DNA of 64,000 nucleotides from Giardia intestinalis (Eukaryota): NCBI GenBank assembly GCA_000002435.2, contig CM018792.1; one strand, 5' to 3'. Shown piece by piece: positions 16,934 to 24,943 of this stretch (position 1 is its first letter; each line of letters starts with the position of its first letter). The notes under the pieces were generated by a model. It saw only the letters and a program-made list of their open reading frames with translations, ran no database searches and was not told where the DNA came from. The position numbers and the translations under genes were made by a program.

Positions 16934-18708
16934 TGGAGTGTGATATGTACAGCAGCCAGTGATGGAGTGTGCACTGCTTGTAACACAGCTAACCAGTACA
17001 TATTCCAGAACAAGGCTACGACAGTGACCCCTGGTGGGGAGTGCATACTGTGCCATGATGCCACGGGAGCGAATGAGAACAAGGGAGTGGCTAATTGCCT
17101 CAAGTGCACGGCACCAGCTAATAGTCCAGGGGCTGCCACGTGTACTGAGTGCATGTCTGGCTTCTCAGGAGACTCGTGTGCTACTCAATGCGGAGGAGAC
17201 TGTGCCGCCTGTGATAAGAGTAACCAAAATCAGTGCACCTCTTGTAAGACTGGGAAGTACCTGAAAGAGAATCAATGTGTGGAAAAAAGTGCATGTAACA
17301 ACAATCACTACCCCGATGACACTAGCATGACCTGCGTCGCCTGTAGCACCATACAAGATTGCACAGCATGCACAATGGACCAGTCCACGGGGAAGCCAAA
17401 GTGCACTAACTGCGGTGCCAGTAAGATCCCCAGGACGACTCTCGACGGAACCTCGACCTGCGTGACAAAAGGGTATACAGAATGCCAAGGAGCAGACAAG
17501 GAGCTGTTCATGAAGGAGGACCAATCGGCGTGCTTATTATGCGGAGACAATACTGAGGATACATCTGAGTCCAATAAAAACCAGGGAACTCCTAATTGCA
17601 AGACCTGTACCAAGACAGCATCCACTAAACCGGTCTGTGAGACGTGCAAGGATGGCTTCTTCTTTAATACTGGTGATAAGACATGTACAAACAAGTGCGA
17701 TGCCACCTGCAAGACGTGCTCTGCTGCTACAGATGCTAACCGATGCTTAACTTGTATGCCCGGATACTTCCCCATCGATAGTACAGATCAACAAGGGAAG
17801 AAGTGCGTCCCATGCGATAGTGTGGACGACAAGGGTCGCGAAGGGTGCAGTGTCTGCTCTAACAATGGTGGATTCAAGTGTACTGAATGTAAGGTGAACT
17901 ATAAGAAGCAGTCCAATGGAGATGCAGGGGATGACTATACATGTGTGAAGACTTGTGAAGACCCCACGGCTTGTGGGGGGACAGCTGGCGCCTGCGATGC
18001 CATGATAATTGATGATCAGGGTAACACAAAGCACTACTGTTCCTACTGTGGAGAGACCAATAAGATACCAATTGATGGGAAGTGTGTTGATAGTGGTAGT
18101 ATAAATGGTAATACTTGTAACAGTCATACATGTACATCATGTGCTGCTAATTACTTCTTATATATGGGTGGTTGTTATAAAGCAACAGAGGTGCCTGGTA
18201 GCCTCATGTGCAAGACCGCTGACAACGGTGTCTGTACCGCTGCTAATGCCAACAATAAGTACTTCGTAGTACCAGGGGCAACCAATCAGAATCAGTCTGT
18301 GTTGGCCTGTGGTAACCCCTAGGCACACTAGTAGGCACTCAAGGTACTGCTAAGGCATACGTGGGAGTGGATGGCTGCTCCCAGTGCACAGCCCCGACAG
18401 CTCTAACAACAGCTGGCATGACTGCTGCTATATGCACTGCCTGTGACAGTGGTAAGAAGCCCAACAGGGATGGCAGTGGGTGTGTGCTGTGCTCTGTGGG
18501 TGATTGTAAGAGCTGTGTGATGGATAATATATGTGGGGAGTGCAACAGTGGCTTCAGTCTAGACAATGGCAAGTGTGTGTCCTCTGGCAGTAACAGAAGC
18601 GGCCTCTCCACGGGGGCCATCGCGGGGATCTCCGTCGCTGTCATCGCTGTCGTGGGTGGTCTCATAGGGTTCCTCTGCTGGTGGTTCGTGTGTAGGGGGA
18701 AGGCGTGA
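16934..18708 (+). pseudogene. VSP-like unit 9, frame-shifted by a 1-nt deletion in a C-run (intact length would be 591 aa)
   Basis: The frame is open from TGG 16934, after TAA 16931-16933, to a premature TAG 18320-18322 (...LACGNP*). Here ggtaacccctagg has C4 (18316-18319), whereas the unit 5 copy at 9499-9511 has ggtaaccccctagg with C5. The downstream -1 frame, 18361-18708, continues ...[11 protein letters not shown]...[38 protein letters not shown] and is followed by the poly(A) box. Confidence 0.65.
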
Positions 18709-18722
18709 CTTAGGTAGTGAAT
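18708..18722 (+). promoter_or_regulatory. extended VSP-type poly(A) signal ACTTAGGTAGTGAAT
   Basis: The box overlaps the last base of the unit 9 TGA stop. Confidence 0.65.
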
Positions 18723-18761
18723 GCTCTATAGTGTATGATAATGGGTGATAGAGGGTGATAG
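18723..18761 (+). repeat. inter-unit spacer, (GGTGATAGAG)n variant
   Basis: This spacer is identical to the one at 2379-2417. Confidence 0.7.
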
Positions 18762-20510
18762 TGGAGTGAGATATGCACAGCAGCCAGTGATGGACTGTGC
18801 ACTGCTTGTAAGACAGCTAACGGCCTGTTCAAGAACCCTGCTACAGCACCAGAGAAGGGAAGGGAGTGCATCCTGTGCTCTGATACGACAGATAGAGACG
18901 GGGTCACGGGAGCCGCTGGATGCTCAGAATGCTCCCACACGGGCACTAGCGGACCGGCCACATGCACTGTCTGCCAAGATGGATACATTAAGAAGGGTGA
19001 TGCATGTGAGAAGTGTGATCAGTCTTGTCTGACCTGCGATGGAAGTGGTCCGAATCATTGCACATCGTGTCCAGAGGGGAAGTACCTGAAGACTGACAAG
19101 TCATGCGTGAATAATAATGGATGCACTGGAAACACTTATGCTGACCCGGAGTCGGGGAAGTGCCTTCCTTGCAACACGATAGATCAAGCATGTACCCAGT
19201 GTGAGGTTGATTCGACTACCAAGAAGCCGAAGTGCACAGCTTGTGATAACAGTGGGAAAAAGGTAAAGACGGCCATCGATGGCACCACAACGTGCGTTGA
19301 TGTGAGCTCTAATTGCGTGGATGCTGATCACTTCAAGGCAGATGGTGACTCAGCGTGTGTCTTGTGCAGCGATACCAGCGGATCAGACCCAAAGAACAAA
19401 GGCATTGCTGGCTGTAAGGCTTGCACGAAGACAGCGAGTGCTAATCCAACCTGCTCGGAGTGCCTAGCTGGATACTACAGTAGTGGTAGTGGTACGGTTA
19501 CATGCACAGCCTGTGGACAAAACTGTGCCACCTGCACTCAAGCTGGCAACAATCAGTGCACTAAGTGCAAGGCAGGGTTCTTCCTGAAAGGCAATGGTCC
19601 CGGTGAGTGTGTCCCATGCGATGATGCACAGAATCAAGGGATCGAGGGCTGTGCCGAGTGCACTGGTACTACAGGATCCCTCAAGTGTACTAAGTGCAAG
19701 CCTAACAGGAAGCCCGCGGGAAACCAAGACAACTATACATGCACAGAGAAGACCTGCGAGGATGAGACTGCATGTGGTGGGACAGCTGGCTCTTGTGATG
19801 CCACAGTGATTGATAATCAGGGCAATGCAAAGCACTACTGTTCCTATTGTGGAGAGGCTAATAAGTTCCCTATCAACGGTGTCTGTGTTGAAAGTAGTCA
19901 AAAGAACGGGAATAACTGTAACAGTCATACATGTACATCATGTGCTCAAGGGTACTTTATGTACATGGGAGGGTGCTATGATGCGTCGAAGGCTCCCGGT
20001 AGTCATATGTGCAAGACCGCTGACAACGGTGTCTGTACTACTCCCAATGCCAACAATAGGTACTTCCTGGTCCCAGGGGCATCCAACACTGATCAGTCTG
20101 TATTGGCTTGTAGTAACCCATTAGGCACACTAGTAGGCACTGGTGATACTGCTAAGGCATACGTGGGGGTACTCAACTGTTCACAGTGCACAGCCCCAGC
20201 AGCTCTGTCTGATGGTGGTATGGCTGCTGCTATATGTACCTCCTGTGACAGTGGTAAGAAGCCCAACAGGGATGGCACTGGGTGTGTGACATGCTCTGAC
20301 ACCAACTGCAAGAGCTGTGTGGTGGACGGTGTGTGTGGGGAGTGCAGTGATGGGTACAGTCTAGAGGGTGGCAGGTGCGTGTCCTCTGGCGCCAACAGGA
20401 GCGGGCTCTCCACGGGGGCCATAGCAGGGATCTCCGTCGCTGTCATCGCTGTCGTGGGGGGCCTCGTGGGCTTCTTGTGTTGGTGGTTCCTGTGTAGGGG
20501 GAAGGCATGA
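18762..20510 (+). CDS. VSP-like cysteine-rich surface protein unit 10 (582 codons; mosaic of the unit 2/8 5' block and the unit 7 body)
   Basis: The frame is open from TGG 18762, after TAG 18759-18761, to TGA 20508-20510. Positions 18709-19050 match 15072-15410 and 2365-2700, and 19101-20510 match 13662-15071 with only a few substitutions. The C-terminus is ...GLVGFLCWWFLCRGKA*. The ORF-track start at 19107 is a GTG. Confidence 0.75.
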   Translation, partial: WSEICTAASDGLCTACKTANGLFKNPATAPEKGRECILCSDTTDRDGVTGAAGCSECSHTGTSGPATCTVCQDGYIKKGDACEKCDQSCLTCDGSGPNHCTSCPEGKYLKTDKSCVNNNGCTGNTYADPESGKCLPCNTIDQACTQCEVDSTTKKPKCTACDNSGKKVKTAIDGTTTCVDVSSNCVDADHFKADGDSACVLCSDTSGSDPKNKGIAGCKACTKTASANPTCSECLAGYYSSGSGTVTCTACGQNCATCTQAGNNQCTKCKAGFFLKGNGPGECVPCDDAQNQGIEGCAECTGTTGSLKCTKCKPNRKPAGNQDNYTCTEKTCEDETACGGTAGSCDATVIDNQGNAKHYCSYCGEANKFPINGVCVESSQKNGNNCNSHTCTSCAQGYFMYMGGCYDASKAPGSHMCKTADNGVCTTPNANNRYFLVPGASNTDQSVLACSNPLGTLVGTGDTAKAYVGVLNCSQCTAPAALSDGGMAAAICTSCDSGKKPNRDGTGCVTCSDTNCKSCVVDGVCGECSDGYSLEGGRCVSSGANRSGLSTGAIAGISVAVIAVVGGLVGFLCWWFLCRGKA

Positions 20511-20524
20511 CTTAGGTAGTGAAT
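20510..20524 (+). promoter_or_regulatory. extended VSP-type poly(A) signal ACTTAGGTAGTGAAT
   Basis: The box overlaps the last base of the unit 10 TGA stop. Its ATG at 20523 starts unit 11. Confidence 0.65.
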
Positions 20525-22511
20525 GCTGTACAGTGATAGTGATAGTGCTATGTGGTGTGGGGGTGATAGTGGTGGTGTGGGACTTCTCTTCATGGGCGGG
20601 TGCTACAAGACAGAGAGTCAGCCCGGCAGTGAGATATGCACAGCAGCCAAGGATGGACTGTGCACTACTTGTAATACAGCTAACGGCCTGTTTAAGAACC
20701 CGGCTACAGCACCGAAGTCTGGTAGTGAGTGCATCCTCTGCTGGGACACGGTGGGAGATGGCGCGACGAAGGGAGTCGAGGGCTGTGCCACATGTACAGC
20801 ACCAGCTAATAATAAGGGGGCTGCCACGTGTACTAAGTGCCAAGATGGATACTATAAGAACGCTCAGACATGTGTCAAATGTAATGAAGCTTGTCTGACC
20901 TGCGATGGAAGTGGCCAGAATGCGTGCACATCGTGCCCAGAGGGGAAGTATTTGAAGACTGATAGTAAGACTTGTGTAGAGGCGTCTGCCTGTGCAAAGG
21001 GCACCTATGCCGACGAAGCAACCAGAAAGTGCGAATCCTGTACCGCAGGCTCAGGTGCCGGCGGTACGGCAGGAGTGCAAGAATGCGCTGCGTGTGCATA
21101 TAATAAGGCCAGCGGAAAACTGGAATGCTCTGAATGTACCGGCGGAGCCAAGATCCCCAGGGTGTCTTTGGATGGTACCTCGACCTGCGTGGCGAAGGAC
21201 TACGCCGGGTGTGCCGGACAAGACAACGCTTTGTTTATAGTAGAGGACAAGTCCAAATGCCTTTTGTGCGACGACGTTGAAACGGGGACAGATCCGAAGG
21301 ATCAGGGCGTCGCCGGCTGTAAGGCTTGCACGAAGACCTCGAGTGCAAAGCCCACTTGCACAGAATGCTTGGAGGGATACAAAAGTACCGGAGTTGGTTC
21401 AGTAACATGCACCCCCTGTCACGCCAACTGTGCCACATGCTCAGCTGAAACTGCTGAGGATAAGTGCCTGACCTGCAAAGCAGGGTTCTTTCTAGTTGAT
21501 GTTACGGGTGGGAAGAAGTGTGTCCCATGTGATAGCAAAACCGATAATGGCATCGATGGGTGTGCCGAGTGTGATAACAGTACTGGATCCCTCAAGTGTA
21601 CAAAGTGCAAGGTGAACTACAAGCAGAGCGGTACCGGTCCTGTTACATGTACCAAGACTTGTGAAGATGAGACTGCATGCGGGGGTACCTCTGGCGCCTG
21701 TGATGCCATCGTAATAGATGATAAGGGCAACACAAAGCACTACTGTTCATACTGTGGGGATGACAGTAAGGTACCGATTGATGGGAAGTGTGTTGATAGT
21801 GGTAGTATAAATGGTAATACTTGTGCTAAAGGTGTATGTACACAGTGTGCTCAAGGATACTTCTTATACATGGGAGGCTGTTATAAGGTAGCAAGTCCAC
21901 CTGGTAACCTCATGTGCACTGAAGCAACAACAGCTGGTGTCTGCACAGAGGCGGCCAACAATAAGTACTTCGTAGTACCAGGAGCATCCAATCAGAATCA
22001 GTCTGTATTGGCATGTGGTAACCCATTAGGCACACTAGTAGGCACTCAAGGTACTGCTAAGGCATACGTGGGGGTACTCAACTGTTCACAGTGCACAGCC
22101 CCAGCAGCTCTGTCTGATGGTGGTATGGCTGCTGCTATATGTACCTCCTGTGACAGTGATAGGAAGCCCAACAGGGATGGCAGTGGGTGCTTCGCATGTG
22201 CCGTTAGTGGATGCTCGCACTGCAACAGGGATGACATGTGCGAGGCATGTAATGATGGTAAGAAGGTGAGCCCTGGGAGGAAGTCATGCGTGGATAAGTG
22301 TCCCAGCAACTCCACTGACACCGACTCTGTCTGTGTGTGCGACGATGGATATAGCCCTGACAGCAGTGGGACCTCCTGTGTGTCTATGAGCACCAACAGG
22401 AGCGGGCTCTCCACGGGGGCCATCGCGGGCATCTCCGTCGCTGTCATCGCTGTCGTGGGGGGTCTCATAGGGTTCCTCTGCTGGTGGTTCCTGTGTAGAG
22501 GGAAGGCGTGA
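20523..22511 (+). CDS. VSP-like cysteine-rich surface protein unit 11 (662 aa; ATG inside the preceding poly(A) box)
   Basis: ATG 20523 lies within the upstream AGTGAATGCT box and the frame runs to TGA 22509-22511. The translation reads MLYSDSDSAMWCGGDSGGVGLLFMGGCYKTESQPGSEICTAAKDGLCTTC...[38 protein letters not shown]. It is an intact twin of unit 1 at an offset of 20146 bp and is the last unit of the array. Confidence 0.8.
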   Translation: MLYSDSDSAMWCGGDSGGVGLLFMGGCYKTESQPGSEICTAAKDGLCTTCNTANGLFKNPATAPKSGSECILCWDTVGDGATKGVEGCATCTAPANNKGAATCTKCQDGYYKNAQTCVKCNEACLTCDGSGQNACTSCPEGKYLKTDSKTCVEASACAKGTYADEATRKCESCTAGSGAGGTAGVQECAACAYNKASGKLECSECTGGAKIPRVSLDGTSTCVAKDYAGCAGQDNALFIVEDKSKCLLCDDVETGTDPKDQGVAGCKACTKTSSAKPTCTECLEGYKSTGVGSVTCTPCHANCATCSAETAEDKCLTCKAGFFLVDVTGGKKCVPCDSKTDNGIDGCAECDNSTGSLKCTKCKVNYKQSGTGPVTCTKTCEDETACGGTSGACDAIVIDDKGNTKHYCSYCGDDSKVPIDGKCVDSGSINGNTCAKGVCTQCAQGYFLYMGGCYKVASPPGNLMCTEATTAGVCTEAANNKYFVVPGASNQNQSVLACGNPLGTLVGTQGTAKAYVGVLNCSQCTAPAALSDGGMAAAICTSCDSDRKPNRDGSGCFACAVSGCSHCNRDDMCEACNDGKKVSPGRKSCVDKCPSNSTDTDSVCVCDDGYSPDSSGTSCVSMSTNRSGLSTGAIAGISVAVIAVVGGLIGFLCWWFLCRGKA

Positions 22512-22525
22512 CTTAGGTAGTGAAC
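22511..22525 (+). promoter_or_regulatory. extended VSP-type poly(A) signal, variant ACTTAGGTAGTGAAC
   Basis: The box overlaps the last base of the unit 11 TGA stop. No spacer repeat follows it, so this is the end of the array. Confidence 0.6.
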
Positions 22526-23136
22526 GCTCTGTTGGTGGTTAGTGCTCAGTGAGCGTCTGCTGTCCATCCACTCGGTGCTGTTCTGAGGGCAGTGTGCGCT
22601 GGATGCGGTCTCCAGGATCACTCCGCGGCCGGGGCGGGGTGGGTAAGGACCTGCATGCAGAGACTCGTGGTGTAGCAGGGAACTGACTGGTCTGTAGTTC
22701 AACAGAGACGGGGATCCAGTAGCTAAATCCTTAGGCAGCTGCTGGTGGACCTGGTGCCCCGGTCTATTCGCCAGCCTAGTTTTGAGAGAGAGCATCGACC
22801 CTATAAGAAGGAGTCGCGGGATGCAAGGATGGGATGCAGCCCCCTGTCGTAGGTGTGTCCAGAGGTTGTGACAAAGGCCCAGCTGCATCGTTGGGGTATC
22901 GCGTGCATTGTTGTAGAGCTGATAGCAGAATTTGTTTAAACGATAAATATTATACTTAGCTAGATTAGTATATAGTTACCAGAGTCAAGGAGGCCGAGAT
23001 GATCGAAGAGGTCAATAAGACCCACACTTGCACCCATAGCTTGAACAGGTATTTTGTGGTCATAAAGGCAGCAGACGACGAAATAGGCCTGCAGGCCATA
23101 AGTCGAGGAGGCAACGTAAAATCTCGCTCACATCAT

Positions 23137-24381
23137 TTACTGCTTAGGGGCGTTCTTCTCGCAGTATGCAATAGCTCTCTTTCCAAGGTCAACGCCAGCA
23201 TTGTACGCTTGTTCAAGAAGCTCCTCTGTGTAGTTAAACTTAAACGTAATACCCTTCTCATCGTATACGTCAGCTTTGCACCCGTCCCTGAGTTCGGCTA
23301 CTATGTCTGGGACAGCCCTGTTGCTCCACCCAAAGGCACCAAATGCAAACGCAGGCTTCCCCTTGATAAGAGTCAGTCCTCTGACGTAGTTAAGAGCGGC
23401 AGCGACGGAGGGCATCATCGTGTTGTTGAGTGTCGGGCTTGCAAAGGCCACAGCTCCAGAGTCGTACGTGTGGAGCGCAACCTTCGTGATATCAGAGCTA
23501 GTCATCTCAAGAAGAACTGTCTCGCAGCCCGTGCTCCGAGCACCATCAAGGAGGGCGAGCGCCATGCGGTGTGTGGTTCCATACATGCTGTCAAGGACGA
23601 CTGTGACCTTCTTCTGGCAGTGCTGGCCCTTAGACCATCTGTCATACTCAGCAATCGCAAGGCCCATCGCGTCGCCACGCCACGAAACGCCGTGAGCGGA
23701 GAGGATGTACTTGATTTCGACGGTGCTTGCGACTTCAAGTGCTTTACGCATCTGAGCACTGAACAAGCCCAAGATGTTGGCAGTGTACTCCTTAAAGAGG
23801 TGCATAACGTGCGAAACGTCGCACTCGTCCGCCCACCTCCTTGAGGTGGCATAATGCTGACCAAAGCCGTCATTGGAGAAGAGAATCTTATCCTCGGGGC
23901 AGTAGGTGAAGGTGGAGTCAGGCCAATGAAGCAAGGGAACCGGGATGAACTTCAGCGTCCTCTTGCCAATCTTGAGCGTGTACTTGTCGTCGACAATGAG
24001 CCACGTTGCCTTCTCCATGCCATAAAGAATCTTCAGGTGTTCCTGGCACTTCTTTGTACAGACAAACGTCGCGTTTGTGAACTTATGGTAGTGGTCTTTA
24101 AGAGAGGACGCGTGGTCGCCTTCAGCATGATTCATGACGACGTACTTGATCTTGTCGAGCGGGCAGCATGCCGCAATACGAGAGAGCCATTCCTCGGCGA
24201 AGGGGTACTTTACAGAGTCGATCACCGTAGGGCATTCGTCATCTATGAAGTACGAGTTGTACGAGCTCCCCTCGTCTGTGTGGTACCCATGAAAGATCCT
24301 GACCATCCAGTCGACGATCCCGACCCAGTAAACGCCTGGAATCATCTCCTGATCCTGCACATACTTGGGCTTAGAAGACAT
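23137..24381 (-). CDS. flavodiiron protein (A-type flavoprotein; O2/NO reductase family), 414 aa
   Basis: The ATG is confirmed (cat at 24379-24381). The N-terminal metallo-beta-lactamase-like domain carries the di-iron motif VMNHAEGDHASS (H-x-E-x-D-H) and a later HWPDS. The C-terminal flavodoxin-like domain has KKVTVVLDSMYGTTHRMA (S-x-Y-G-T-T FMN loop). An AT-rich stretch follows at 24382-24420. Confidence 0.85.
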   Translation of the reverse strand: MSSKPKYVQDQEMIPGVYWVGIVDWMVRIFHGYHTDEGSSYNSYFIDDECPTVIDSVKYPFAEEWLSRIAACCPLDKIKYVVMNHAEGDHASSLKDHYHKFTNATFVCTKKCQEHLKILYGMEKATWLIVDDKYTLKIGKRTLKFIPVPLLHWPDSTFTYCPEDKILFSNDGFGQHYATSRRWADECDVSHVMHLFKEYTANILGLFSAQMRKALEVASTVEIKYILSAHGVSWRGDAMGLAIAEYDRWSKGQHCQKKVTVVLDSMYGTTHRMALALLDGARSTGCETVLLEMTSSDITKVALHTYDSGAVAFASPTLNNTMMPSVAAALNYVRGLTLIKGKPAFAFGAFGWSNRAVPDIVAELRDGCKADVYDEKGITFKFNYTEELLEQAYNAGVDLGKRAIAYCEKNAPKQ

Positions 24382-24943
24382 GATATACTTTTTTTAGCCC
24401 TGGTCTACATACTTCAATGATGGATCAACAGTTGTGGCCACCATTGCTTTATACATCAAACGACTACTGGGCAATATACTAGTGCATTTTGCTGAGAAGG
24501 TACCGGTTCTTACAAATTGATATTTGCTGAGCACTTAGAAATTGGTTGAACCGGTGTAGTTGAAGTGGTTAACTTCTTCAGTATTACCGATGTCGTTAGA
24601 AGCTGTATCTCTACTGGTAGCTGCATTCGACTTATCATGCGAACCTTCGTAGATAAGCGGTGTTTGTGTAGACGCAATCTATCATAAGGGCAGGATATCG
24701 CTGAATTCCAGAGCCAGAGCCTATTTATAAAGTTTACTCAAACGCTGTTTACCACAAGAGATTGCTTCTGTTGCTGGGTTCCTTTTCCTTTGCTCAAGAG
24801 TGAGACCTCGCATTGCGACACCCATGCTGTCTCTTCAGCTGTCAGGGAAGAATGTGGACTGTGTGCATATCATAAGCTGTAATTTCTCTCGATAATGCAC
24901 ACCTTGTGAACGATTCTCCTAGTCAAATATAAAATTAGAAGTA

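Larger units (their letters stand above)
1..22525 (+). repeat. head-to-tail tandem array of VSP-like units (1.8-3.1 kb each) with shared mosaic blocks
   Basis: Twelve consecutive same-strand units each end in the identical ...CRGKA-TGA-ACTTAGGTAGTGAAT module. Multiple blocks of 0.3 to 2 kb are near-identical between different units (see findings). Confidence 0.85.

Noticed and set aside
2379-18761. Short direct repeats (GGTGATAGAG) recurring at regular positions, which raised a CRISPR-like impression
   Set aside because: This is a eukaryotic genome. The repeats are 7 to 10 nt, degenerate and tandem inside 40 to 70-nt spacers between 1.8 to 3.1-kb protein-coding units. This is not the 25 to 40-nt repeat and unique-spacer architecture of CRISPR, and no cas genes are present.
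2401-19032. Recurrent identical 89-95-aa + strand ORFs beginning MIEGDSGV... (2401-2688, 4337-4603, 15108-15395, 18745-19032; related MRYAQQPRMDCALLV ORFs at 483-752 and 13324-13593)
   Set aside because: They lie in the +1 frame across the spacer and the conserved 5' box of the VSP-like units. Their Arg/Gln-rich, nonsense-like translations are identical only because the underlying DNA is duplicated.
1-22525. Interpreting the array as a transposon or other mobile-element cluster
   Set aside because: There is no transposase, reverse transcriptase, integrase, terminal inverted repeat or target-site duplication. The units encode surface-protein-type products and are arranged strictly head-to-tail, as in a gene-family array.
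137-22888. Many long minus-strand ORFs inside the VSP array (for example 137-697, 2789-3229, 3786-4553, 7953-8699, 12770-13522, 16501-17154, 20093-20593, 20361-20843, 22046-22888)
   Set aside because: They are antisense to the Cys-rich units. Codons rich in TGY, GGN and ACN leave the reverse strand almost free of stops. Their translations are low-complexity (H/P/S/L-rich), are not conserved independently of the sense frame, and have no start context. They are artifacts of sequence composition.
22999-23844. 281-aa + strand ORF
   Set aside because: It lies entirely antisense to the well-supported flavodiiron protein gene (23137-24381, minus strand). It has no domain signature and begins in intergenic GC-rich DNA.
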